From Euprymna scolopes (Eukaryota), in NCBI GenBank assembly GCA_053919585.1, contig CM132790.1: a stretch of 64,000 nt of DNA. One strand, written 5' to 3'. Shown here one piece after another: positions 12,327 to 24,200 of this stretch (positions within the stretch are counted from its first letter, which is position 1; each line of letters opens with the position of its first letter). Both the position numbers and the translations under genes were made by a program. The notes below the pieces were generated by a model. It searched no databases. It saw only the letters and a list, made by a program, of their open reading frames with translations, and had not been told where the DNA came from.

Positions 12327-13422
12327 TTTTTTCACAGATGTGTAACTACTAATCAAGGCCTGGAAGCAATTCGAGGATAAGTTTTAATAAGTGTACCGTA
12401 GTTAATGAGGCAATACGTAATAATCGTTGGTAGTGGAAATTTGGTAAATTTGATTATAAAGCAAATGGCTCATCAAGAAATAGTTTATGTTGAACTTGAA
12501 AGCGATCATGTTTTAGTAAGCTTGAAATCAGGTAAACGAAAGGAAGTTCAGCTGGCGTTCAGTTCTAAGAAAGATGGAATCTATGTTTAGGTTTAGCACA
12601 GGTAAAACGTGGGGGAAATACGTGATAATGGTTTCATCTAGTCGAGTGTTTTTCTGTGAATATCAGGCCAAAGATGACAATAGATTGAAGTTCAGAAGAG
12701 CTCTTGCTATAAAAAATAACGATAAGGCAGAAACAGGCTCGAGGCCTCTCTCCTTTGGAAGGAGGCGCAGTGGACAGAAAACGATGTATAAGTTGGACCT
12801 TCTCAAGGCAGAATAAGTTTCTTACAGCAGCTTCTCCCAAGATTTGGAAACAGTACGCTATCCATGGAGATACTTTGCTCTTATACAGATAGAGGATTGT
12901 ATCGGCAGTGAGATATCTCTTGGAGCAGTAGAATGATCCCACGATTTATTCAGGTGACCTCGGGAATGGATTTGATACACGTGTATCATTTCAGATCCGA
13001 AACCTATCCATGACGTGAACCATTCATTTCAACTGGTGCCAGACGGAGTTCAGAGCGTTGCTATGTAAAGTAAGAAGATTTGTTTTAGAAGCATTAACAT
13101 TAACCAGCCACCTCTTTCCCCATTTCACACGTACTCCTATTAAGAGGAGAAAGAATCAGAGAGAACTTGGTCATTTACGGTCTTTGAAGCGTTGCCATAG
13201 ATGCTAGTGTCGTCAGCATAAATATCTACGAATGATCTTAGGATGTGAGTTGTGAGATCATTGATGTAGATCAGGAAAAGAGTTTGGCGCGGGATATACC
13301 TCTGAGTGACTCCAGCATTAATAATGTGAGCTTCTGATTTCTGTCGATCAACCACTACTCTTTGGAACCGATCAAAGAGAAAGTATTTGATAATTGAGAA
13401 TACATTTCTAGCTATACTAAAG
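12327..13422 (-). mobile_element. 5'-truncated decayed LINE, same family as 960-2932
   Basis: Minus strand INAGVTQ...FLIYINDL...YADDT and GSFYCSKRYLTADTILYLYKS; 3' UTR aligns with 2760-2930; T6 (A tail) at 12327-12332. Confidence 0.9.
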
Positions 13423-14500
13423 TTTGGAAGTGGATCACGGAATGCAAGACGGCGTACGAATAGTTAAAAGGGCTGTTTCTATCGGAGTCATTCCTGACCC
13501 ATTACAACCCAGAATTAGGCATTATCGTCCCAAGTGATGCGAGCACATATGGAATCGCCGCTTGTATCCTGCATAAAATGCCCAACGGATCGACGAAGCC
13601 GACAGCATACGCGGCGGAAACCCTACTAGCTGCGAAAAAGTATTATTTCCAGATAGAGAAAGAATCTTTAAGCATCATCTTCGCGGTAAATGATTTCAGA
13701 GATTTCTCCATGGACGGCATTTCAAACTTCAAACAGACAAAAAGCCGGTAAACTCTATCTTTGGCTCGAAGAAATTGTTTCCTACGCACACGGTAAACGG
13801 GCTCCAAAGATGGGGAACAATACTCTTAAATTATGATTTTGATATGGAATTCCTTCGGTAAAAAAGATTAGGACATGCAGACAGACTATCGCGGTAAATA
13901 AAAAGGAATGATGAACTACTTGAAGACTTGATGATCGCATCACAACGATCAGAGAAAGGTTATAGTTCTATCTTATGCAACACTGTGAAAGATTTTTCCA
14001 TTACTCTGTAGGATATAGGGAAAGAAGCCGAAGGCGAGTATATTATAAGAGAAACCATGCTAACAAGTATTATTGGAGAAGAGTAGTTGTTCCAGCGACC
14101 CTCCAAAAGAAAATGTTCACACAGGACACCCCGGTGCAACCAGAATGAAAAGTTTAATGCGTTCATACGTGTACTGGAAAAACATGTACAAGGAAATTGA
14201 AGTAAAGGCGAAACCATGCAGAAGATGTGCACTAGCTTCTAAAACGCCACAAATTCAATTCAGCCCATAGTCCAAAGCTGACTACCCATGGTCACAGACA
14301 CACGTGAACTACGCCGGACAGTACTACCTCATTGTAGTGGACAGTTTCTCTAAGTGGCCTGAAATCATTAGGTGTAAAAGCCCGGCTACTGACTTCCCTA
14401 TAAAAAAACAAACTCTTCATGAGTTATTCGGACGGTTCGGAGTGGATGACTGTTTAGTGGCAGATAGTGGCACTCAAATTACATCCGGGAACCAGGGTTG

Positions 14501-14634
14501 CGGAGTCGGAGTCAGAGTCGGAGGGAGTCGGAGGTTTTAGCTGGAGTCGGAGTCGGAGTCGGAGTCGAATTTCTAAATGTACTAGGAGTACGAGTCGGAG
14601 TTAGAGTCGGAATTTTTTATCCGACTCCGACTCC
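14501..14634. repeat. Left subterminal GGAGTC hexamer array of the hAT
   Basis: Many GGAGTC/AGAGTC copies plus an inverted pair at ~14620-14634; typical of hAT transposase-binding subterminal repeats. Confidence 0.85.
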
Positions 14635-15099
14635 TTAAGCCCCCCCCCCCCCAATTTTTTTAAAAATGGTTTTCCTGTTTGGTTTTACCAGTTGTAAAAT
14701 TTAGCAGTTTTTATAATGTCTTGTTCTTATTTTTTTAGATATATCATATTTTGTACTGTCCTGCAATGCTTCTACTTCATCAAGATATTTTGGTTTATCG
14801 GATCACTGCAAATCTTGTCTGGACAGCTTTTTTCGCTTCGGTTGTGAAGTCACACATGATCAATGAAAAGTCTGTCTTTGAGTGAGATCACCGTGGATAA
14901 CAATCAGATTGCAATCCGAAAGTTATCCAGTTCCTGAATGGAATTTGGCAATTTGATTAGTCCAGGATCGATCCGGAATTACAATCTTATCCAAAGAAAA
15001 ATGGGTATAAATAAATTTGTGTTGCCACCATGTGACAACATTGTATATGATTAACTAATCTAAACAAAAATAGCTGATTATCGCTGAAACAGTGTATCC

Positions 15100-15408
15100 C
15101 AGTGATTTTTCTTTTCCTTCATTTTCGGTAGTTTATCACATTTTTCGTTAATAGAAATATGCTAGATTTTTGTTTCTGTTTTTGTTTTTCTTACAAATAA
15201 GTTTTAACATATAAACATTTCAGTTCTCCTATTCTTTATTCTGCATCATGTTCGCTGTTATTTTTTTGTTTTGTTTGTTTTTCCGATTAAAAAAAAAGTT
15301 ATATTTAAACAGGGTTATTACGTTCGCATATTCTTTATTTTCCATTTTGTTTTGATTTACTCCCCCCACACCTCTTAACACCCAGGAAGCGCTGGGTACC
15401 CTCGCTAG
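15100..15408 (+). mobile_element. 3' fragment of Helitron family A inside the hAT
   Basis: Ends CCCAGGAAGCGCTGGGTACCCTCGCTAG; upstream ATTTAAACAGGGTTATTACGTTCGC matches the reverse complement of ~7245-7275; left boundary approximate. Confidence 0.65.
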
Positions 15409-15882
15409 CTAAACATAATTCTGTGTTATTTATTAGTAAAAATGAATGCCTGAAAATTCTCTGACTTCAATAAATAGCTGATGTTTATAACCTCAGCGAA
15501 GTCAACATAAAAGATCAGAATTTAAATATTTTATTTTTTTTGTAGTTTAGGGTGTTGTCGTTTAGAAAAACATAACAATGTTAGAAAATATCGGATTCAA
15601 AATTCTTTAATTTTGGACCACTTTCCGTGGAATGAGCCAAATATACAACTTTCTCGAGTCTAGGCAAGTTGATTTAAAATCAACCTACCCTAATACTGGT
15701 ATATGGAAGAATCTAAAAAAAAACCTACATATGTATTTATTTACGTTTTTATAGGTTTACATAACTTGATTACTGAAATAAAGCAAACAATTTTTACATT
15801 TTGAATCAAACATCTTTTTTTTGACAGATTTACAGAAGTACATAATTTTGAAAATTAGTTACAAAATTGATGCACCCACAAG

Positions 15883-17890
15883 ATGGCTTCAAAACGTAAA
15901 TCTGCCGTATTTGACCATTTTAACTTAACCAGTGATTTCAAGCATTATGTATGTCAGTGCATAACAACCCGAGACGATGAGGAAACAACTTGTGGTGTTG
16001 AAATTAGTGCTATCAAAGACCATGCTCCTACTCGTGCTTCTAACTTAAAAAGACATTTGGAGCGCTGCCATCCTAGCATCTTTAAACTTGTTCAACTGAA
16101 AGACAACGGCTCATCTAATACACTAACCACATCAAAATCTAAAACTTTGATTACTGAAAAGAACCCTTCCACAGCATCTCTTACAAGTTTTTTTTGTTAG
16201 TGATAAAGTGACAATCTCAATGGCTCCAGCTGAATTCAAAAGGAACATCGTTAAGATTATTGTTCTCACCAGCATTCCCTTGAGATTCTTTTCTCGGCCT
16301 GAAGTGTTAGCACTGATTGGTGAAGTGGCACGAAAATTAGGAGTGACTCTAAACAGAGATTCCATAAAGAAATTAATAATTGGTGAATATGAGAGCCAAA
16401 AAGAACAGCTAAAGAGAAAACTAAGCAATAAGTGTGTATACTTGAAAATGGATGCATGCACACACCATCGTGTTAATTATTTTGCTGTTTATGTTAGGTA
16501 TGTGGATTAAGGGAAAAATATGACTAAAAACTTGGGCATTAAAGACAGTGAAGCCCAACATTCCAGTAACTTCTTAAAGCAATTGGTAAAAGAAGTGTTG
16601 CAAGATTTTTGCATTCAGAAAGACCATGTATTATGCATTGTCACAGATAATGCGTCTAACATGCTGAGTATGGTAATAAAAAAATGAATGAAAGAGAAGA
16701 TTCTAGTATTACAGAAGAATGTGCAGCAGAAATTCAGGAAGAACAGCCAATTGACTGGGATGACTTAACAGAGAAGCAACAGGATTTTTAATTTCTTTGA
16801 AGGGTTTGAGGAGGCACCAAATTCATTGGATGCATTTGGTGATGTAGCAGCCTGCATTTCAGAAAGTGAACACCAGCGTTGCTGTGTTCATACACACCAA
16901 CTTGCAGTAAATTATGCTCTTAAAGAGTATCATTCCAGTTATCTGATAGCAAAAGTCAGAAGAGTTGCTATTTCAGCAAAAACTCCGAAGATTGATGCCA
17001 TTCTTAAAAGAAGAGCTCGAAAAGGAGCAAGTAACTCGCTGGGGTAGTACTTACAACATGGTAAAACGGCTTGTTGAATTGAAGCCTATTCTTATCGATA
17101 TGGCAAACCCAGATGTTAGTTTTTCAGAAGCACAATGGATTCAACTTGAAGAACTGGAAGACCTTCTTAAGCTTCCTTTTCAAGTGACAAAAAAGCTTCC
17201 AGAAGAGGGCCTCACTCCAGGAATTTTCTTGAAAGAATGGAAAATGTTAGAACATTCCTTATCCAGGCATGGTGGTTTGCTAGCAAGAATAATGTGCGAG
17301 TCAATGCGTCAAAGAGAAATACAACTGCTTCATAATAAAATCCTACTGGCTGGAGTATATGTAGACCCAATGAATAGAGTGTTGTTATCTGACACTCAGA
17401 AAGATAAAGCGAAATCGGCACTTTGTGATCTTGCTGTGAGGATTTCGGGCTTAAGTTCAAAGGCATCTACTGAAGATCCAGGCACTATTTCAACCACAGA
17501 CTCAGAGGGAACCTGCGATGAAGAGGATTTTGAAAAGCTTTTGGATCAAGAAGATCATAAAGCAAGGTCAAAGCGGCGTAAGCTACAGGAAACAGCTAAA
17601 ATGCTATCTTCAGTGAATAAAGCCTTAGCAAGTTTCAAGCTAGACTTTCATGCTGCATTACAGCAAGTAGTACAACTAGATAGAATGTCTAAGTTAAGTG
17701 TACATGAAGCTATAAAGCAGTACCCTGCGATAGTGAAAGAATCTGCAATCTTGGCAGCAGCACTTCCTCCAACACAAGTGAGTGTTGCACGTTTGTTTTC
17801 AGCGCTAAGGCTAATCAGGACAGACCAAAGGACTGCAATGAAAGAGGAGCTCACTGAAGCCATCTTGTTTTTGAGAGTAAATTATTTAAT
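15883..17890 (+). pseudogene. hAT transposase pseudogene (BED zinc finger, DDE, C-terminal dimerisation domain)
   Basis: VFDHF...C..C...NLKRHLERCH (BED); LKMDAC, IVTDNASNM, RCCVH, TRWGSTY; PPTQVSVARLFS with the catalytic E replaced by A; several frameshifts and stops. Confidence 0.93.
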
Positions 17891-17917
17891 TCTTATTTGC
17901 AACTTTCAATTCTATAA

Positions 17918-18603
17918 TCTCTTCTCTTCTCTATATAAATAAAATGAACTCATTTTTTCCGTCTGATTTTGACATTAATAGGATTAAAAATCAAGATATT
18001 TCGTGCAAATATAATATGCACAAACGGCAGAACAATATCTGAGGTGTGTTATAGGCTTATTATTTCTCAAATTCCTCGATGATCTTAGATTTCTATACTT
18101 TTTCTGCTGAGAAGTCACGGCCAAAATCGGTTAAGATCAATGGAAGTGGTAAAATATTTTCTCTCTAATAAATTCCTCCCCCCCTGCCACCACTTAACAC
18201 CGTTTGGGGATCGTTCACAAGGAACAGTTGAGAAGAGAACACCGGTTTGTCTTCGTAGTTCTTTCATGTGAAGTTATTTAAAATCACTAAACTAAGCTGC
18301 AGTGCTCTGTGGCGTAGTGGTTAGCGTGCTGGACAATTCACATTATATTTTCACGTTCGCGTCGACCTACCGTAGTCGTTTTTTTTGTTTTGTTTTTTCC
18401 TAAACAACTGGAATGGACTTTTCTGGGTAGCCGAACTGTTAACGTTGCAGATATTTTTGTTTGTTTGTTTGTTTTTCACACTATTTTCCTACTTTTACTA
18501 ATGACTCCGGGTTTGATCCTTCCTACTTACCTACCATAATATTTTTAAAAACTCCCCCCGTCCCGGATACAAACACTCGGGCAACGCCGGGTACCCCCGC
18601 TAG
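17918..18603 (+). mobile_element. Full-length non-autonomous Helitron, family A, inserted just 3' of the transposase
   Basis: A|TC start (17918; TCTATATAAATAAAAATGAA at 17930); 3' hairpin CTCGGGCAACGCCGGG, 8 nt, then CTAG|T at 18600-18604; homologous to 7176-7823. Confidence 0.8.
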
Positions 18604-18826
18604 TTATCAATAAAGCTTATTTTTATGTTTACAAATAAGACATTTTTATAGATTGATTTTTTTCCTAATATTGTGATAGAATATCTATGAGAATGGACCA
18701 ATGCAATAACATATGAGTTTTTTCGGGAGAGGGTACAAAGGACAAAGAAAATATATAGCTTGAAGTGCAACTCTGCTATTATAGATTTGAATATGCTGAT
18801 AGGCTGGTAAATGATCATGAGCATAA

Positions 18827-19181
18827 NNNNNNNNNNNNNNNNNNNNNNNNNNNNNNNNNNNNNNNNNNNNNNNNNNNNNNNNNNNNNNNNNNNNNNNNNN
18901 NNNNNNNNNNNNNNNNNNNNNNNNNNNNNNNNNNNNNNNNNNNNNNNNNNNNNNNNNNNNNNNNNNNNNNNNNNNNNNNNNNNNNNNNNNNNNNNNNNNN
19001 NNNNNNNNNNNNNNNNNNNNNNNNNNNNNNNNNNNNNNNNNNNNNNNNNNNNNNNNNNNNNNNNNNNNNNNNNNNNNNNNNNNNNNNNNNNNNNNNNNNN
19101 NNNNNNNNNNNNNNNNNNNNNNNNNNNNNNNNNNNNNNNNNNNNNNNNNNNNNNNNNNNNNNNNNNNNNNNNNNNNNNNNN
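18827..19181. other. Assembly gap (N run)
   Basis: Direct reading. Confidence 1.
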
Positions 19182-19295
19182 CAATCTCTGCTAATATAGC
19201 CCTTTATGGTTTTTTCCTGTTTTACCTTTGATCCTCATTCCATAAAGGCAATATTATCTTTTAAAATATTATTCTCTGTATACTGTCTTTATCAC

Positions 19296-19345
19296 CCTCT
19301 TCTGATGAAAAGCGTTTCGCTTCGAAATGCCATAGCCTAAAGAGG
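19296..19345 (+). ncRNA. Degenerate type I hammerhead ribozyme motif inside the hAT
   Basis: Helix I CCTCTT/AAGAGG; CTGATGA 19302-19308; helix II AAGCG-TTT-CGCTT; GAAA 19324-19327; TGCCATAGCC is two changes from the palindrome GGCTATAGCC; CTA cleavage triplet. Confidence 0.7.
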
Positions 19346-19598
19346 TTTCCCTATCCCTAAATATTGTATTCTATTTTGAACTGATAGCATAATAAAATTT
19401 ACTTGTAAACTTTTTATCCCTTTGTTATCTAAACTTATTCTATAAAGCTGGTTGAGTTTATATGTGAGTATATTTATCATACAAGTGAATGTTAAACGTC
19501 GAAAATGATATACATGAAAAGTAATTATAAAATGCATGCTGAATGGATGTGAGAGGCTGGCATATGGATCTGCAAAATAGATTTTCACATAGGGTCAA

Positions 19599-19733
19599 GG
19601 AGTCGGGAGTCGGAGTCGGGAGTCGGAGTCGGAGTCGGGAGTCGGAGTCGGAGTTAAAGATATTAAAGGAGCCGGAGTCGGAGTCGGAGTCGGCATCCTA
19701 GTAATTATAGGAGTCGGAGTCGGACTTTTACCA
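19599..19733. repeat. Right subterminal GGAGTC array of the hAT
   Basis: Direct reading. Confidence 0.85.
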
Positions 19734-20402
19734 TCCGACTCCGCAACCCTGCCGGGAACTTTAAAGAGTTTATGGAGGACTTCCAATGGACCGCATCAGA
19801 ACTCCGACTTACCGCCCTAGATCAAACGGACAGGCTGAAAGATTTGTGGACACCTTGAAGAGGCCTTTGAAGAAGGCAAAGAAGGCTCCATCAGAAAAAG
19901 TGTCGCAGCAATTTCTTCAAGTGTATCGCATAACGCCTAACGAGAATACACCCTCCCATATGTCTCCGACGGAAGTGACTTCAGCAAGAAAATTTCGACC
20001 AGTTTTTGACAGATTATTACCAAAAACAGGAAAAGCCCGCAATGATTACTGTTCCTAAAAATAATTGCGTGGCGGGAAATAACATATTCTTCTAGATGCA
20101 CAACGGTAATAATATTTTCTAGGACCAAACAACAACCAAGAACAGGATTTGCCGTATGGTCTACATGATGGAAAGATCACATTCCACCCATAAGAAACTT
20201 GAAACAGATACGAAAACGCACTTCGACTGAGTCACGTGAAACTCCACCAGAAGAGAAGTCGGGCGTACTTTATGACGCATTTGACCTGAGCCCCCTCAAA
20301 CTATGACCGAAATACGTCATTCCAGCAGAAAAAAGAAAACTGAGGAACCCCTTCGAGGTAAACCCGAGAAAGAAAAAGAAACATTCAAAGTAATAAATCT
20401 TC

Positions 20403-20577
20403 GGAGAGAGATATTCTGGGGGTAGTTGACACGCCTATATACATGACACGTCTGGCAATATATAAGCCAGACATTTTTGCTCTCGGGTGAAGAGCACATA
20501 CGTAGTTTAACCGCTCGTAGTGAACATCAGAACCCCTTTACCTTAATATTGTTACTCCTAACCAGGGCGACACAACT
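20403..20577 (+). repeat. Putative polypurine tract and short degenerate 3' LTR of the gypsy element
   Basis: GGAGAGAGA (20403-20411), then TATTCTG...TATATAA...CACAAC, compatible with decayed TGTTGTG...CACAACA ends; no partner LTR in the window. Confidence 0.4.
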
Positions 20578-20885
20578 TTTACCTATTGCTCTTTTATAGA
20601 TTCGCATTTTTGTGCTCTTTCCAGAACATTATTATGTCAGATTACGAAATAAGGAAGTAAACTCGCAATCTGGAGATTGTGCAATCTGGCATGAATAATA
20701 TTCGGAAAAAATTACAAATATGCGGGGCAACATTTAAAAGACATTTTTTTTTTCACAAAATAAAGATTATGCAATTTTTTTTAAAAATATTCTTATGCCT
20801 TAGTCAGATTGTGTTAAACTTACAGAAAGATATCATCAAAAATAAATAATCTTTTAAAATGAAAAATACTTCAGTAACTCTGTGG

Positions 20886-21023
20886 TGTGGCGAATTTTCC
20901 TTGTGATGGGCTTGAAACAGGGAGAAAGTTGCAAAAGGTTGCCCTGTTGCGACCTCTAAGGTCTAAAAGCTATAATGTGCGTCCAACTTCTCCCACTACC
21001 CGAATGTCAATGCCTACAAAAAG
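20886..21023 (+). repeat. Direct repeat, copy 1 (left of the satellite)
   Basis: Matches 47570-47710 with about 15 substitutions and one 3-bp indel over ~130 bp. Confidence 0.92.
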
Positions 21024-21290
21024 TAAACACGCTTCTATGCAATATTCTGCCACTTTAAATACGAAGCAGGGAGAAATAACGTGAAATCACGTTCACACGT
21101 GAATCACACATGCCTAAGAATCAGAAGATGACACCGCAGACGTCCAGAGAGGCAGACGCTTGCATAATGTCTCACACATTACCGTCTCAAGACACAAAAA
21201 GGAAAAGGAGTCTTCGAATATCTTTCCTTTTTCTTTTTTCAAGAATCTAAGCCCCTAGAAAAAATGCCTAAAAGATCACCTCACATTCAA

Positions 21291-24200
21291 CCCGCGCTAC
21301 TCTCGCTTACCAGCCAACGTAAGATATAATCCCAATGTCTCGCATACCGGTCGACACAAGATATCCCCCCAAAATTGTCTCGCTTACCAGCCGACGCAAG
21401 ATATCTTACCGCCAGTCTCGCTTATCAGCCGACACAAGATATCTCCCCGCTAGTCTCGGTTACCAGCCGACGCAAGATATCTCCCCGCTAGTCTCGCTTA
21501 CCAGCCGACGCAATATATCCCCCGCTAGTCTAACTTACCAGCCGATGCAAGATATCCCCCGCTAGACTCGCTTACCAGCCGATGCAAGATATCCCCGCTA
21601 GTCTCGCTTACCAGCGGATGCAAGATATCCCCCGCTAGTCTCGCTTACCAGCCGACGCAAGATATCCCCCGCTAATCTCGCTTACCAGCCGATGCAAGAT
21701 ATCTCCCGCTAGTCTCGCTTACCAGCCGATGCAAGAAATCCCCCGCTAGTCTCGCTTACCAGCCGATGCAAGATATCCCCCGCTAGTCTCGCTTACCAGC
21801 CGATGCAAGATATCCCCCGCTAGTCTCGCTACCAGACGATGCAAGATATCCCCCGCTAGTCTCGCTTACCAGCCGATGCAACGTATACCCCGCTAGTCTC
21901 GCTTACCAGCCGCCGCAAGATATCCCCCGCTAGTCTCGCTTACCAGCCGATGCAAGATATCCCCCCGCTAGTCTCATTTACCGGCCGACGAAAGATATCC
22001 CCCACAACATGTCTCGCTTACCAGCTGACGCAAGATATCCTCCGCTAGTCTCGCTTATCCGCCGGCGCAAGATATCCCCCCCGCTAGTCTCACTTACCAG
22101 CCGACGAAAGATATCTCCCCGCTAGTCTCGCTTACCAGCCGACGCAAGATATCCCCCCGCTAGTCTGGCTTACCGGCCGACGTAAGATATCTCCCCGCTA
22201 GTCTCGCTTACGCGCCGACACAAGATACCCCCCGCTCGTCTGGCTTACCGGCCGACGCAAGATATCCCCCCGCTAGTCTTACTTACCAGCCGACGCAAGA
22301 TATCTCCCTGCTAGTCTCGCTTACTGGCTGACGCAAGATATCCCCCGCTACTCTGGCTTACCGGCCGACGTAAGATATCTTCCCGCTAGTCTCGCTTACC
22401 AGCTACCACAAGATACCCCCCGCTAGTTTGGCTTACAGGCCGACGCAAGATATCCCCCCCGAACGTCTCACTTACCAGCCGACGCAAGATATCTCCCCGC
22501 TAGTCTGGCTTACCGGCCGACGCAAGATATCCCCCCGCTAGTCTGGCTTACCGGCCGACGTACGATATCTCCCCGCTAGTCTCGCTTACCGGCCGACGCA
22601 AGATATCCCCCCGCTAGTCTGGCTTACCGGCCGACGTAAGATATCTCCCTGCTAGTCTCACTTACCAGCCGACGCAAGATATCTCCCCGTGAGTCTCGCT
22701 TACCGGCCGACGTAAGATATCTCCCCGCTAGTCTCGCTTACGCGCCGACACAAGATACCCCCTGCTAGTCTGGCTTACCGGCCGACGCAAGATATCCCCC
22801 CGCTAGTCTTACTTACCAGCCGACGCAAGATATCTCCCTGCTAGTCTCGCTTACCGGCTGACGCAAGATATCCCCCACTAGTCTGGCTTACCGGCCGACG
22901 TAAGATATCTTCCCGCTAGTCTCGCTTACCAGCTACCACAAGATACCCCCCGCTAGTCTGGCTTACAGGCCGACGCAAGATATCCCCCCCGCACGTCTCA
23001 CTTACCAGCCGACGCAAGATATCTCCCCGCTAGTCTGGCTTACCGGCCGACGCAAGATATCCCCCCGCTAGTCTGGCTTACCGGCCGACGTAAGATATCT
23101 CCCCGCTAGTCTCGCTTACCGGCCGACGCAAGATATCCCCCCGCTAGTCTGGCTTACCGGCCGACGTAAGATATCTCCCCGCTAGTCTATCTTACCAGCC
23201 GACACAAGATATCCCCCGCTAGTCTCGCTTACCGGCCGACGCAAGATACCCCCCTGCTAGTCTCACTTACCAGCCGACGCAAGATATCTCCCCGTGAGTC
23301 TCGCTTACCGGCCGACGCAAGATATCCCCCCGCTAGTCTGGCTTACCGGCCGACGTGAGATATCTCCCCGCTAGTCTCGCTTACCAGCCGACACAAGATA
23401 CCCCCCGCTAGTCTGGCTTACCGGCCGACGCAAGATATCCCCTGCGCTAGTCTCACTTACCAGCCGACGCAAGATATCTCCCCGCTAGTCTCGCTTACCG
23501 GCCGACACAAGATATCCCCCCGCTAGTCTGGCTTACCGGCCGACGTAAGACATCTCCCCGCTAGTCTCGCTTACCAGCCGACACAAGATACCCCCCGCTA
23601 GTCTGGCTTACCGTCCGACACAAGATATCCCCCCGCTAGTCTCACTTACCAGCCGACGCAAGATATCTCCCCGCTAGTCTCGCTTACCGGCCGACGCAAG
23701 ATATCCCCCCGCTAGTCTGGCTTACCGGCGACGTAAGATATCTCCCTGCTAGTCTCGCTTACCGGCCGACGCTAGATATCCCCCCGCTAGTCTGGCTTAC
23801 CGGCCGACGTAAGATAGCTCCCGCTAGTCTCGCTAACCAGCCGACACAAGATACCCCCCGCTAGTCTCGCTTACCGGCCGACGCAAGATATACCCCCCGC
23901 TAGTCTCACTAACCAGCCGACGAAAGATATCTCCCCGCTAGTCTTGCTTACCAGCCGACGCAAGATATCCCCCGCTAGTCTGGCTTACCGGCCGACGTAA
24001 GATATCTTCCCGCTAGTCTCGCTTACCAGCCGACACAAGATACCCCCCGCTAGTCTGGCTTACCGGCCGACGAAATATATCCCACCTGCTAGTCTCTCTT
24101 ACCAGCCGACGCAATATATCTCCCTGCTAGTCTCGCTTACCGGCCGACGCAAGATATCCCCCCGCTAGTCCGGCTTACCGGCCGATGTTAGATATCTCCC

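Larger units (their letters stand above)
14493..19751 (+). mobile_element. hAT-superfamily DNA transposon with intact ends
   Basis: Perfect 18-bp TIR CAGGGTTGCGGAGTCGGA (14493-14510 / 19734-19751); perfect 8-bp TSD CCGGGAAC (14485-14492 / 19752-19759). Confidence 0.97.
13423..20577 (+). mobile_element. Ty3/gypsy (Mag-like) LTR retrotransposon 3' remnant: RNase H and integrase, split by the hAT insertion
   Basis: SDASTYGIAACILH, QIEKESLSIIF, QTDKKP, LQRWGTILLNYDF (RNase H); HTGHPG...CRRC (integrase Zn finger); VVDSFSKWPE, DSGTQITSGN|FKEF, SNGQAERFV (rve core), in frame across the hAT target site. Confidence 0.92.

Noticed and set aside
18600-19199. ORFs spanning N runs, and ORFs made of (TA)n, (TAA)n or (CATA)n tracts elsewhere
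   Set aside because: Artefacts of gaps and microsatellites
20887-21084. Conserved protein encoded by the direct repeat (+ ORF open in both copies)
   Set aside because: Substitutions between copies are not concentrated at third codon positions in the open frames; the minus frame has a stop in copy 1
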